From Antedon mediterranea (lineage: Eukaryota > Animalia > Echinodermata): DNA of 64,000 bases. Positions 22,557 to 36,268 of the stretch are shown here, piece by piece. Both the position numbers and the translations under genes were made by a program. How positions within the stretch are numbered: the stretch's first letter is position 1; each line of letters starts with the position of its first letter. Under the pieces are notes generated by a model, which was given only the letters and a program-made list of their open reading frames with translations, was not told the origin of the DNA and did no database searches. The stretch is taken from contig NC_092676.1 of assembly GCF_964355755.1 (NCBI RefSeq), forward strand, positions 1,865,788 through 1,929,787, written 5' to 3'.

Positions 22557-25290
22557 TTAAAAACATAGGCCTATGTGTACGCATAACTGATTGTTTGTGT
22601 GGCGTGACTCTCTTAGAAGGCAGGTTATGTGGTGGGGAAAAAATGCATACAAAATTAAAGACAAGACACACAATATAATATCATAGAGGTAACTGCTATG
22701 ATAATAATATGTATGCGTTTATTTCGTATTATCCTGTCTGGTTTACAGTATCGATTTCCTATATAGCCTAGAGGGCGTGTACACTTTGTTTACCGTTCAT
22801 TATACGACTCTTGGAGCTGTAAAAATGTCCCTGTGTATGAAGCTTTTTATATTTTCACATTTTACTGGTTAGCAGTTACTGCGATCGAATAAATAGATGG
22901 ATGAAAGATATGGAAAGACAAATGGTATCGCACTGCAAGATATGTACCGGCCGTGTGCATTGTATAAATCCATCATGTTGGATACCATGCTTTATGGCAT
23001 TAATAACTGTGAATTATAGTATGGGCAGATTGGCAGTACCACATTAAGGAAATACATCGCACATCCACGTATCTGTCAAACTTTGACATAATATGGCTCT
23101 CGGCTTATAATAGTAAGCACATGGCTTAATATAATAATACCCATTGTTATTTTTATGAATACAATGTAGAAGCACGGTATATATTGATAAGGATAGGACA
23201 CATGGATATTTAACAAAATATTAATACATTGTCAATGAATGCATGAACTATTGGGTAAGTTCCCAAATAATTAAGTGGCGCGCGTTTTATTTTTAAAAAA
23301 ATATACACACATTTAATTTAGGTCTTTCAGTAACTTATAATCAGGCCTATCCTACCGTTGAAATTACCATTTTACAATACGGTATACACCCATAGTCCAA
23401 TTTGTCTTTATGTCCTGATTTTAAGTAACATTTGCTCTTTCTCTAAAACAATGATTTTAATTTTGATGTTTAAACATTCAGATACGGATGCACATATTCA
23501 CAAAATGTAAAAATAATAATGCGACATTAATTTTAGGCCTATATAGCGCTATTTCGCTCCATTAAGATCAGAGCGCTTTGAGTGTTTGCTGATTATTAAA
23601 ATTATCTAGACTCTGAGCAGGAAATAGGATAACCAACCCAATAATGACAAAACAAATATAACGAAGAAGATTAAAACCATAACACATCTCATTATTTCGT
23701 TCCATTTTTTCGTTCATATTTTATTATAAAAAATTGCATAAATTTAGTAACTTTTCATATGGAAAAATAGAAAATACATATGCAAATATAACACTACCGG
23801 TACAGTATTTAAAAGCTGCTATATTAACGAAATACTATAGTTTATAACGACCTGTCTTTTTAAAGCAATAGTTATATACCATAATGAAGATAGTATTTAA
23901 AGCTATCCATATTTAAGTAAAATTCATATTTAATTGTAAGATAACCATTTAAAAAAGAAAGGTTTATGTATGAGTATAATAACAAGACTTTTATCACATG
24001 TTATGGGACAACTTTCGAATACCAAATCGGAAACTTAAAGGTGCCCCGTCACATTGTAAATCCTTCCATGAACTTGACATAAGCTTGCTTCCCACTAGAC
24101 GCAACGACTTACGCGCAACGCAAGCAAGGTGACCAATCAGAAGAGACAGGATAATCCGTCCCTTGTGATTGGTTAAATTGCTTACATTGCGTCTATTTCC
24201 TTGTGTCTAGTTGGAAGCAAGCTTAATGACAGAAAACGCGGTTTACATTTTCGTTCTAAACTTTCTTTTGTTGATATTAAATGAAAAGTCATTTCGTACC
24301 ATAAATAAGTATGGAACGCGCATAAATGACACAATATATTAGTTTTGTTGAGAAACATAAAAGCATTAATTAGGGAAGGGTAAGCTTACGATTTTAACTC
24401 CTAACCCCTATCGTACACCGCTCCAGTTAATTAGTTTACAGCAATCTAAGATACCCCTAATCTACCCTGTATTGAATTTAATTATATAATATACATGATT
24501 CATTAAGCTCTGTCTACACTACCAAATATGGTAGTGATATGTCCAAATATGATATTACATCATCATGTCCATATATGGGCACATCATATTTTTCGTCACA
24601 TAAAGTTTGATAGTGTAAGAGCTTAAGATACTATAAAATTAGAATTATATATCGATCATAAATTGCAATTATCTAAAATTTGATTCGTTATTGATTCACT
24701 GTTGATACTTATACAGTAATAAAAAATAATAAAATAAAACAAGTTGTTTGTAGTAAAATTATTAACAAATGATACAGTACAGTATTATTAAACACCATGA
24801 GAAACAAGTTAAACTCTCCATAAAAAAGCATTACGTTGTTTTAAAAAAAACATTTAGATTAAACATATTTTATTTCAGTTTAAAAGGAAATACAATTATG
24901 TCTTATTAGAATAAATTCAAAAGGAATGAAATTGTCACATGTTCTAGTGACACATTTGCTATATTCGGTTTTGTTCATGTTGTCCTATTATTAATTCAGG
25001 ACAAAGGCTTTCGATCTTTATAGTTTTAACAAACTTGATAATTGAACAAGTGGTTATTAAAGAAGTTCTAAAAATAATGTGTAACGCTTAGTCTACACTA
25101 TCAATTTTGTGTGACCAAAAAAAAAGTGATGTGCCCATATATTAACATGATGATGTCATTTCACTAGCATATTTGGGGATATCACTACCATATTTGGGCA
25201 CATCACATTTTTTGTCAAACTAGTTTGATAGTGTAGACAGAGTTTAATACAAAGTATTGGCACTATACGAACATTAGTAGAAAGACATTT

Positions 25291-26820
25291 CTAATATAAA
25301 GGTGTATTAAATTCTACGTCATCGATATTACCATTTTCTATATCTGGTGAGTAAGCTTGATTGTCAATCGTGTTCACGTCATTGTAATCATTACTACGTA
25401 CAGACGATCGGTTATCGGTATACTCGGAAATACCCGAACGCTGAGAGGCTCGGCTTTTTTGGGATACACGACTTTTATGCGATTCATCCCGAACTAGATT
25501 AGCTTCAGAGCCTCCACTAAAGTCGTCATAACCATCAATAAGGTCATCTTCGTTACTGCCCTGTTGTCGCATAGACGTCTGTCGCGATTCGTTTACATGA
25601 TAATTTGCATTTTTCTCTTCGTCATCTCCGGAGTCTCTCTCACAACAGCAAATGATACAGATACATGTTAGGAAGAATAACAGCAGCCCTCCACAAGCGA
25701 TGATTATAAGGAGGATGTAGGTTTCAAACGGAAGTAGTCTGTCCTCCTCTTGAATGACGATGCTAGCTGATCTTGAACCAATAGTGTTGCTCGCTGTACA
25801 TGTGATGTTTTGTCCGATGTAACTCTTGCGAATACCATCAAGCGTCAGTTTGCTCGTAGTCTTATCTTCAGTTGCAGGCGTAATTATGTTTCTTTTGTAC
25901 GTCCACTCAACAGAAGAGTTTGTAGGTGGGTTAGCGATAACGTTACATTCCAATATAACCGTTTCATCAGAGTCATCATCGTATATAAACAGTTCATTTG
26001 GGCTTATACTCACAACTGGTGAGTACATCACTTGGATTGGATTTAAGGTGGAGGTGGTGTAGTCACATGAAAACTCATCATCAACAGCAGGATGCATCGC
26101 TTTGCATCTGTAAGATGCTTCATGATCCTCATAAGACAACTTAAATGTCGCTGTCTCGGTTGTCCGACCATTATCTTCTATAACAGTAGAACTTGGAATA
26201 ACCTGGTTAAACCCGGAAGATGTTATTCTGATAATTTGAAGAACTGGCAAAGGAACTCCACCATCATCAATCACACATTCCAACGTAACCATTTCATTTT
26301 CTGTAAAAGGCGACATGTCCGGAAGACTAGCTGTAACGGAACAGGTTGCCGGATCGCCACTCGGCGATATAGAACGTTCATTTACCGCTAGTTCAGCAGT
26401 TGCCATTTGCGTTGTTCCTTCATTGACAATAAGACAATAATATGTCCCTTCGTCAGCTTTCACAGTTTCAGATATTAGTAAGTTGTAAACACTATCCTCT
26501 GGATAACCATTCATTATTGACAGTCGTGGGTATCCTGTCGGGTTCCTATTGGTGTAAGGTCCGATGGTTATTGTATCGTCCTCTGGATTACTTGGTTGAA
26601 AGTGCCAGTACACTTCATCTCCGCCACTAATGTCAATGTCTACACTACACAAAATCCTTGTAGTTGCACCAACAGCACTTGTAGTATTACTGGGAGAGGT
26701 AATGTACGATCCAGCACCTACAGATGTACCAATGGAACACGCCAGGCAAACCATCAACAGACATATTTTCCAGGCTACCATTTTGATTCCAAAATAATTA
26801 ACAATATTCAACATTGACAT
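25291..26820 (-). CDS. Ig-superfamily receptor 5 (3 Ig, TM with Cys cluster, acidic Tyr tail); single coding exon
   Basis: Signal MVAWKICLLMVCLACSIG (alternative ATG 26781); DEGTYYC V-type domain; TM YILLIIIACGGLLLFFLTCICIICCC. Confidence 0.9.
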   Translation of the reverse strand: MSMLNIVNYFGIKMVAWKICLLMVCLACSIGTSVGAGSYITSPSNTTSAVGATTRILCSVDIDISGGDEVYWHFQPSNPEDDTITIGPYTNRNPTGYPRLSIMNGYPEDSVYNLLISETVKADEGTYYCLIVNEGTTQMATAELAVNERSISPSGDPATCSVTASLPDMSPFTENEMVTLECVIDDGGVPLPVLQIIRITSSGFNQVIPSSTVIEDNGRTTETATFKLSYEDHEASYRCKAMHPAVDDEFSCDYTTSTLNPIQVMYSPVVSISPNELFIYDDDSDETVILECNVIANPPTNSSVEWTYKRNIITPATEDKTTSKLTLDGIRKSYIGQNITCTASNTIGSRSASIVIQEEDRLLPFETYILLIIIACGGLLLFFLTCICIICCCERDSGDDEEKNANYHVNESRQTSMRQQGSNEDDLIDGYDDFSGGSEANLVRDESHKSRVSQKSRASQRSGISEYTDNRSSVRSNDYNDVNTIDNQAYSPDIENGNIDDVEFNTPLY

Positions 26821-28179
26821 TTACATCGCCCAAACTGAAATGGTTTTCGTTTGGTGAAATAATATCGAGTGAATTGTTAAGGTAAATAAGGATTCGCTTG
26901 ATGGTTTTCTTGGGTGTGGAGCAAACAATGGTTTAGAAAAACAACCATTCAAACAGGATTATTCGATTTTTCAAATAGGGATCGCCAAAATTACCCCATC
27001 ATTGTGTACCTTTTACCTAAATAAATCGAATATTTTACACATGCAACATTTCCAGAGTCTCAATCAACTGGTAAACTAACTAATAACTCATTCGATAACG
27101 TTTTAGTATAAGGAAACAGAAAAAAAGGAAAAACATGTAAAAATGGAATATCTTCTTGCGTATAAAGCGTTTTACGGTGAACGAGTATTATGAATAGGAA
27201 CTTAACCAAGAGTAAGTATAGCCTTTAATTATGTATGTTGATTTAACAATGACTCAGTCGTCTGAAGGTGTATGCTTTGTTGCCGCTGACATTCCTAATA
27301 CTTCCCCTACTTTACACCTATTATTAGAAAATGGGCTGAGAAGAAGAATCCCAAATGTTTTCGTTATTATTCAGATAGAAAATACAATGAGTGGAATCAG
27401 GATAGTGACAAATCGAAACTGAATTTCAAACTAACGTCAAATACGAACAAGTATTATTTATATAGATAAGCCTCTATACCAAGTAAGAATACATGTCGTA
27501 TGGGTTCAATAGTTCTATATAATTATCATATGCCATAATCCTGAATTTAATACTGTTAATGAAAATATGGTAATGATTCTCAATGGATACAGTATTTTGG
27601 CATTGTTTAATCATAAATTAATATCATCACAATCAGGAGGATTGAGTTAGTTGTTGCTGCTTCACGTGACAAAAGTCGGAATCGTTAAATTCCTATTTTG
27701 TTTGCAACAAGTATAGTAGGTCTAACCTGTTACACCATTGTTGGAGACATACATATTTTCTGTTTGTTTGAAAGGACAGAGGAAACAAAAAGTGAAACGA
27801 AATATCTGTGCTGAAAAGGCATTTCAAGTCTACTGGGACATTCCATTTGGCATCGTGTGAACACAGCTTTACGATGACGTCATGTTTTCAAGTTTCAATT
27901 CAATTCAATACAAAAGTGAAATAGATTCGAATAAAAGAGCATAATAAAAATTACTGTGATTTATTGATTGATAGTAGGAAGAAGTAGAAAACCGTAATTA
28001 AATTGTACACTATCTATGTTGTATTGAATACTGTACAGTTAAAATAAAAAGCCTACAACGTCAAGTAGGAGAAACTATGTTTTGTGTTCTTTTTTCTTAA
28101 TTATAAAATGGCTAATTCTTTACGATGATAATGATCTATTGACTTGATGATAATGAGCTATTGACTTGATGATAATGAT

Positions 28180-30076
28180 TTACTGACGTGGTGAAATGGC
28201 CTCTTGCGTGGGAGTGACATTGCACCCCAGCTGGTCTCCCCAGTCGATGTGGCCATACTCTGTAGTCAGCTTGTCCATGTTGTGAAGTCTACACTCCATG
28301 TCAGAGTACTCAGAGTCCATCCTTTTGAACCGTTGTTCTATGTTAAGATTAACATGACTAAGTTGCCTGATGACGTTCTGCAAGTCGCCTTTAGTTTCCA
28401 CCAATCGACTGAACTTACACTCCAGCTCAGTGCTTCCTTTCTCAAACTTATGCAACTTTGAGCGCAACTTTTCGTTTATTTCGTTCAATTCATTCACTGA
28501 TGTTTTCAGGTTTTCATTATCCCCTTTTAGTAATCGCACACTCGATTCTAACTGGTCATATTCACTCGTTAACGCTGTAGTTTTTATTTTCTCTTCGCTT
28601 AATTCATTTTCATTTTCCAAGCATCGCTGTTCTATAATTTCAAGACGTTTCTGTGATTCTGTTTTTTCTGCGAGTAACGATCTGTTTGCACTTTCTAGAT
28701 TTTCTGTTCGTGTCTTCAATTGTTCAGCTTCGTTGGTAACAGCATCATGACTTAATTTAATACGTTCAAGTTCAGATTCTAAGATGCATTTCTGTTCGTA
28801 GCAAGCTAAATTTGCATCTTCCAGTTTTTGCAGTTTCGTTTTAAGTTGCAACAACTCAATCTGTCTGTCGTTGTTGTCTTTTCTCAAACTACCTAATTCC
28901 ACCAGCTTGTGAGTGTTTTCAGTCATTGTTGACGATAGTTTTGATTGCAACTCGAGTGTTGTCATTTGCAACCGTTCATTTTCTTTACGTAGCCTGTTTG
29001 CTTCACTTTCAAGCTTTGTTGTATACTTCAGCTGGTCATTTGTCTCCCGCTCCATCGTTCGCAGTTTAGTTTTCACACAAACACACTCGTTATTTGATTC
29101 TTCAAGTTGAGCTGATAACAGTACATTTTGTTTTCCAGTGACTGTTGATTTCGTTTCCATTTCTACGATTTCTCTCTCAAGATCTCTCATATTTTGATTC
29201 CATTGAGATTTCGAGTCTGATGAACTACGAAGACATTTGTTTAAATCTTCGTTTTCTCTTCTCAATTTGCCAACTTCGCCCGTAAATCTTAAATTGTCTT
29301 CTGTCAGTCGCCGTACATTAACGGATAACTCTTCATTTACCGCTCGTAATCTTAAGATTTCGTTTTGAAGAACTTGGTTCTTAGTTTGAATACAATGTTG
29401 TTCCTGGTTCTCACCATCATTATAGTATTGATTTTCCATTTGTAATGATTCAATCGTTGGAGTTGGTGAAGATCGGCTATTGCTACTGAGTTTGTCTATT
29501 GAGAATGTTTCACCCAACGTCGTCTGCGTGCAAATGGTGCGAGTATCGCTCTTCTGATTGTCATAACAGTCGTCCAGGTTGTCATAAGACGTCACCAGCA
29601 AGGTATGATTTTGCTGGAGAGATTGGGTCTGATACTTAATGCCGTCAAAAGATTTCTCAGACACTTGTCTTAAACTTAAGATTGATCGACTTAAGCCTAA
29701 CTGTTTAATGTCATCTGTGATCGACCATGAGCTATCAGTGATGGATACATCGGCAGACAAACACTCATCTTCGTTGGCGATTCCACCATTCTGCCATTGA
29801 AATACTGAACTTAATTCCACCATTGACTTAAACTGATCAATCATCCTTTCAAGTACAATTGCAACTTTCTTCTGGTCACACTCTATGGTGGCGCTGTCTG
29901 CGATGTCAGGTCGATCAGCTAATTCCATTTGTAAAGCGTCCTCTTTACATGACACTGTATCCAATATCTCTGATACGATGCTTTCCAGGCCGAGATTACA
30001 ACATCTGGTTACGATCTTTCCAAACAAATTTTCAAATTCCGATAGCTGCTTATCGAAGTGCAGTTTTTCAGGCTTT
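28180..30076 (-). CDS. Uncharacterised long coiled-coil protein, exon 2
   Basis: Minus-strand acceptor ttttcttaaacgtag ending at 30077. Its phase 2 matches the exon 1 donor (AG|A = Arg). About 400 aa of heptad-like E/K/L/Q sequence. Confidence 0.8.
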
Positions 30077-30289
30077 CTACGTTTAAGAAAAATGATTTTA
30101 ATAAACATTAGCGACTTTTATAACAAATGATTAGTAACTTTGTGAAAATACAATGATATTTAATACAGTGTGAATAAGAAGCATGTTTGATTAGGGCCTC
30201 TTTGGAGATGAAACTGTGGTACAGTATTATAGTATGGTGGCGCTACACACAAGTAGGCCTATGTAACTTTAAAATGTATAGGCATAACC

Positions 30290-30645
30290 TAAGCCTAGGC
30301 CTAGGCTAGTCCTATATCGGTATTCTACTAGCCTATGCCCAGGCTAGTCCTATATCGGTATTCTACTAGCCTATGCCCAGGCCTAGGCTAGTCCTATATC
30401 GGTATTCCACTAGCCTATGCCCAGGCCTAGGCTAGTCCTATATCGGTATTCTACTAGCCTATGCCCAGGCCTAGGCTAGTCCTATATCGGTATTCTACTA
30501 GCCTAGGCCTAGGCTTAGGCTAGTCCTATATCGGTATTCTACTAGCCTAGGCCTAGGCTAGTCCTATATCGGTATTCTACTAGCCTAGGCCTAGGCCTAG
30601 GCTAGTCCTATATCGGTATTCTACTAGCCTATGCCCAGGCCTACT
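30290..30645 (+). repeat. Intronic minisatellite (ggctagtcctatatcggtattctactagcct with taggcc/atgccc linkers, about 8 copies)
   Basis: Seen directly, inside intron 30077-30701. Confidence 0.9.
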
Positions 30646-30701
30646 AGATTTTACTAACATTGGCCTACTCTACCTCATTAGTGTTTTTCCAACCATTTTA
30701 C

Positions 30702-31249
30702 CTGTTTGTTCCGGTTAAACTTCGTAGTAACTTCTTTGACGATTCTTGAATGATGTGATTCTGCTCATCCGCGTCTTTAGACATCAATTCGTTTGATACA
30801 GAAATATTTTTTTCCATTTGCTCTCCTAAATTTTCTTGTCTGTCGCGATTTTCTTTAATCGTAAGTGCTCTGTCATAGTAATCCTGCATTTTGACGTCCC
30901 ATTGACCTCGGGAGTCCATGACCTTTCCATCTGGCGACAAAATTATCTGCTGACCGTTGATAAAACTCCTATCAGCATACTGTACCAAAACAACACGTTG
31001 TCTGTCTTTAGCAACACACCACGTGATGTCGAAGCTACCAAAATTCTTACTGTATGGTAAAGACGGCGGCTTTAAGAATGTCGGAGTCCTTCCTTCTGCT
31101 TTCAGTAAACCAAATGGGTTGGGCCTATCACTTAGTTGTTTCAAAAGATTTGGGTCGAATTTTTTACGGTTGCATTTTCTTTCTTGTGCTTCTTTCCTTC
31201 CCTTGTATTGCTTTTTTGGAGGTGAAGTAAAAAGTGATCGAAAAGGCAT
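30702..31249 (-). CDS. Uncharacterised coiled-coil protein, exon 1 (spliced product about 815 aa)
   Basis: ATG at 31249; frame open to AAC AG|GTAAAA donor at 30701; in phase with exon 2. Confidence 0.75.
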
Positions 31250-31896
31250 GATTGCTAGCTAGAAATGGTAATTATTATTAAGGTGTCGGTATTTCAGCAT
31301 TTTTTATTTACATAAGAACAAAATTAGTAAACACGCATATGTTGTTAAGCGACGGTATCCATACCAATACGCGCGTGAACCTACATCCGTTTTGCGCGCA
31401 TTCTTTACGTACGCACATCCGTTTATACACACTTCCTTTTTGTAGCCATGACGACGCGGCGCGATCGACTCAGCTCTCTCTCGTTTGTAACTCATCTTCT
31501 TCTGCATGCAAAACTTTTCTTATAAATAGGTGGCGCCCTACAGACCAATAATACTTTACTTGGAAGTACATGCTCAGTTCGCACACGAGGCGGAGAGTTC
31601 GGTCAAGCGTGGTGCTGGCATATCCTTGAGAAAAGTTCATGCATTAGCAGACAACGAAGTGAGGAGGAATTTTATATTTTACATCAGACAGAACATCTTA
31701 CAGGTGAAACCTGTTAGAAAATCATCGATTCTTGTCGATTCCATCCGTTTTATGAACATTTTAAAACTATGGAAATATGCTAGCCCAGAATTTTATTCTG
31801 TGAGGTATTTCTGCATGAATATCATCTCCCGCAGTTTATCGTTTTTGCAACACGGCTCATCATCATTCCATCAAGAAGTCAACGACCATAGTTAGT

Positions 31897-31959
31897 ATGG
31901 CTGACGGCGGTAAAATTCAAGCTAAATTTCGTCGTGAAGGGGGAAAACCAGCTAAACGA
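31897..31959 (+). CDS. PET-LIM protein (LIMPETin/LIM-9-like), probable first coding exon
   Basis: agtATGG start context; MADGGKIQAKFRREGGKPAKR then donor gtaagt; phase 0 is compatible with the exon at 53240. Confidence 0.6.
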
Positions 31960-32626
31960 GTAAGTACATAAATAAAATAAATTAATTATAATCTTGGTTT
32001 ATCAATGTACTGTCAATTCGCTAAAAATATTATTTATTCCTACAAAGAGAGGCATAATAATTAGTAGGCTACTCACTGAGCACTGGAGTAAAAAAAAAGT
32101 AGAAGGTCCCATGAACTGTGTGTGACTACTGTGAACGAAGACCAGGTCGGAGAGGTTGTTGGGAATGAATTCCCCATACGTTAAAAGATAATAAGGGGAT
32201 TATTAATAGTGATAACACAGGATTTATATACTGTATATTTGAATAAAACATTTATGATGTACAATATTTGCACCTTTATAAAATATTTTCACATGTTGTC
32301 GTCTGATAATAGAATAAACAGCCGCAAAAAAAACCCAGAAATTTTGATAGGAATTAAATGCAATCTAGAAATAAAATCTACTAAATGACCTAATCAACAT
32401 AAAGGCCACAACTTAAGTAAGCCACTTAACCACAAAGCATTAATACCACAAAATCCTCAACCTGCACAATAACAATATTGTATTAGTCACCCAGCCTGTG
32501 ACTTCACAAATGAACCTGATTTGAGCCCTTAGAACCTTAATCTCTCACTTCGTCCCAAGCTACCATTTAAAAAAAATTAAATTAGTCCTGCCATTGAAAT
32601 TGTCAAAATCAAAGAAAAATTTATTT

Positions 32627-32765
32627 GTCTATTTCATGCCTAGCTTACCTAGATAAACCAACAATAGCCTTTCTCCTCCAAGAGCGAGATATAACTCGAA
32701 AAGTTTTAATTGAATCCCCCTCTCTACACAAATGATATAGTCCATGAACTATGCCCTCAAGTGGG
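32627..32765 (+). mobile_element. Solo DIRS left-terminus/ITR fragment; others at 44663-44775, 46702-46815, 48161-48225 and 48642-48776
   Basis: gtctatttcatgcctagcttacctagataaaccaaca...gccctcaagtg aligns with the left end of the intact DIRS (gtctatatcgtgcctagcttacctggataaaccaaca...gccctcaagtg). Confidence 0.8.
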
Positions 32766-34407
32766 AGGCTGCACATAAACCACTGTGAAAAGAAGACCAA
32801 CATTAAAAAACTGTAATACTTCGAACATTGAAAAAAAAATTCCACCAAAGTCATGTGTGAAAATTATACTCTTTAGGCTTAGCCTTGGTGGTTTAAAACT
32901 GACCATTATTTACTTTTTAAGAGTGAATGATATACTGTTTACCTTCTAGGTGTGATACAAAAGGCCTACAAGGTTAATCTATTGGTATTTGCTGTACATG
33001 AATAGTGTAAAGCACTGCAGATTAATGTGTCCTTATAATACGTTTTAAAAACTCATTTAATGTTGCTCAATCGTGGTTTGGGAATATAGAAACTTAAGCT
33101 CTGTCTACACTATCAAACTGTATGTGACAAAAAAATATGATGTGTCCATATATGGACATGATTATATCATATCACTACCATATTAAGGCATATTACTACC
33201 ATATTTGGGCACATCACACTTTTTTGTAAAACTAATTTAATAGTGTAGATAGAGCTTTAGATAACACTATTGAATGATTACTGCAGTTTATAAAACTGGC
33301 TTCTTATAGATGTACTTATACCCTAGTTATATTACCATAATACTGTATATATAAATATCATACTTATTATAATCCCACCCTCTTCTTTACAAATTTTGTT
33401 GTTGAATATGCCATTTTATTGTCACCTAATAGTTATCCACTCCAACAATGTTTGTTGTCTGATTTTTAGTAACCTTTTTTTTCTTCATGTTTGTGGGGAA
33501 CAAAACATCTTTAATTGAGGCTAAATTCAAATACAAAATCGTAATTTACATTTCTAGTGCAATCAGGCATGGAACTATACACGGCCATATAAGTAATATA
33601 GTTGTTTTACCTTTTCAGTACGAAAGGATAAATATAATATGAATGCCATTTATTACTTTCTATGGACCAGAGATTCCGAAATAAAAGATTGAATGGAATT
33701 GAATAAATAGTTTTACCAGCTCATATGTTTGTTTATAAACATGGTCCGACACTGAACCTCTATCTCAACACAAACTAGTAACCACCCCTGTAAAATATAA
33801 ATATTGATTTATATTAATATTAACAATACTATCTTACAGTACCTATCATTCTACAATAGACAATAAACCCAGTTTGTAGACATCTACTATTTACATATTT
33901 TTATCTCTCGGTTGCGTTTCATACTTATTTATATCCGTTTCAAAAGATAAAGAATTAAGATGAAAGGGTTATAACTGAATATATCATTTATAAATGTAGT
34001 TAGCGGATACAGTGATATATATTTTTTTTTAAATTCAATTGTCTGCCATATACAATACAAAGAAAACAAAACAAATATAAAAGGCAAGGAAAGACCAAAC
34101 AGGTGCTAAACACCTATGCTAGTAGGCCTTGGCTGTTATCAAGACCTGTTAATTAGCCCCAAATATAATCATGTAGGCCTATATCAACAAAGTTTAAAAG
34201 TTTTCCCTCATCAATGAATGAGAAGCGTAATAATATGATAACTTATGTGTCATATAAGTGTCTAGTTTCCTCAACTAACGTCATCGTGTAAGCCAAATCT
34301 TGTTATGAATGAAATATTATCTTATTGTAAAATATTTATGGTATAAAGTATTATTAATTATATTAGGTTAAGTAGCATACAATGTAATTTAATCATTTTA
34401 TTATAGT

Positions 34408-34478
34408 GGAGCTGTAGCTTGGTGGTTAACGTGCTTGCCTTCCAATCCCAAGGTCAAGGGTTCAATCCTGATCTAGTG
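34408..34478 (+). mobile_element. Degenerate tRNA-derived SINE head
   Basis: A-box tagcttggtgg and B-box ggttcaatcc; poor acceptor stem; followed by a G run. Confidence 0.55.
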
Positions 34479-34873
34479 CCGGGGGGGGGGGGGGGGGGGT
34501 TGTAACTCACGACTCTTTCAACTCCACTCCCAAAATTGTCATCAATAATTTGACACATTACACAGTATATTAAAATTAAAATTAATTAATATGTATGGAA
34601 AACTCCAAAAATATACTGGAAATTAATTTAATTTTTAAATGTGTAATACCAGGAAATCTGAGAATTTGAAAAAAACCGAACCAAGATTTAAAACCTTGGA
34701 ACCATTCAGCTAGTATGCAGACATACTAACCATTTTATAAGATAAAATAATGTTAAAGGGATATAAGTCATTGTTGATGTGCCTAATAATCGTGTCATGT
34801 TTTGACAGATAAAACAACAGCATGGTTGCAGAGGTCAAATAGGCCATGTACTATTAAAACATACTTTGAATCA

Positions 34874-35212
34874 ATGAGATATAACTAAGACCCTGTTCAC
34901 ATTCAACCTATTGCCCGTAGCACAATTACTGTTTTGCTCCTGAATTGAGTTTGATCTATGAGATATAACTAAGACCCTGTTCAAATTCAACCTATTGCCC
35001 GTAGCACAATTACTGTTTTGCTCCTGGATTGAGTTTGATCTATGAGATATAACTAAGACCCTGTTCACATTCAACATACTGCCCGTACCACAATTACTGT
35101 TTTGCGCCTGAATTGAGTTTGATCTATGAGATATAACTAAGACCCTGTTCACATTCAACCTACTGCCCATAGCACAATTACTGTTTTGCTCCTGAATTGA
35201 GTTTGATCCATG
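34874..35212 (+). repeat. 84-bp tandem repeat, 4 copies
   Basis: atgagatataactaagaccctgttcacattcaac... recurs with period 84. Confidence 0.9.
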
Positions 35213-35363
35213 ACATTCATTCAACAAAGAAGAAAATGTCAACTACATAATTAGCTGATTGGATATTGTACGATTTAAAAATAATTCCATTGAATGTTTT
35301 CTTAGAATTTATTGGCACAGTAATATTACTAGTGTAAATGCGACTGAAAAAAACGATATTATT

Positions 35364-35778
35364 AAAATATAAATCTGGTTTAAACCCCACATAATATAAA
35401 TATTCTGACCATATTAGTAAAATATAAATCTGGTTTAAACCCCACATAATATAAATATTCTGACCATATTAGTAAAATATAAATCTGGTTTAAACCCCAC
35501 ATAATATAAATATTCTGACCATATTAGTAAAATATAAATTTGGTTTAAACCCCACATAATATAAATATTCTGACCATATTAGTAAAATATAAATCTGGTT
35601 TAAACCCCACATAATATAAATATTCTGACCATATTAGTAAAATATAAATCTGGTTTAAATCCCACATAATATAAATATTCTGACCATATTAGTAAAATAT
35701 AAATCTGGTTTAAACCCCACATAATATAAATATTTTGACCATATTAGTAAAATATAAATCTGGTTTAAACCCCACATA
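35364..35778 (+). repeat. 55-bp satellite, left part (split by DIRS)
   Basis: Unit aaaatataaatctggtttaaaccccacataatataaatattctgaccatattagt, about 7.5 near-identical copies. Confidence 0.95.
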
Positions 35779-36268
35779 GTCTATATCGTGCCTAGCTTAC
35801 CTGGATAAACCAACATAAGCCTCTCTCTTCGACGAGAGGTAAACATTACGAAAAGAAGAACATTAATAACATTAATTTTTCCCCACCCCCGTCGGATAAT
35901 GGATCAGTCCGCCACCAGTACGCCCTCAAGTGAGACACACCCACTTATCATCGTCATCATTTCTTTTCGTAACGTCGTTGTGTACGCACGTCTTTTTTGA
36001 ACACATTCCTGGAATTCCTGAGGAATTTGCGATAAAGACCTTTATACTGTAGACTGGAAGAGAAGAATAGAGCAAGAAAACGAAGCTAAGTGTAGTAGAT
36101 CGTTATCTTGTGGTGGATACGTTTAGAATCGTTACCCTTGGCTAGTTGCCAGGAGTTAAAATTTAGCGTTGTAAGCCGTTATCCAGTGTGTTTCACCTGG
36201 ATAGAAATACTGGAAGATCTTTTGTTGTTCGTTAGGCTAGTGGGGAAAAGTAGGTCTGTTAGATCACC

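Noticed and set aside
30290-30645. CRISPR-like array of a partly palindromic repeat
   Set aside because: The linkers are short and repetitive rather than unique spacers; the context is a eukaryotic intron with no cas genes.
31304-31895. Short ORFs between the divergent genes
   Set aside because: No motifs; more likely promoter or 5'UTR sequence.
34871-35447. ORFs inside tandem repeats (also 41570-41854, 49988-50248, 52223-52843, 60424-60769)
   Set aside because: Periodic peptides that arise from stop-free repeat units, with no splice or homology support.
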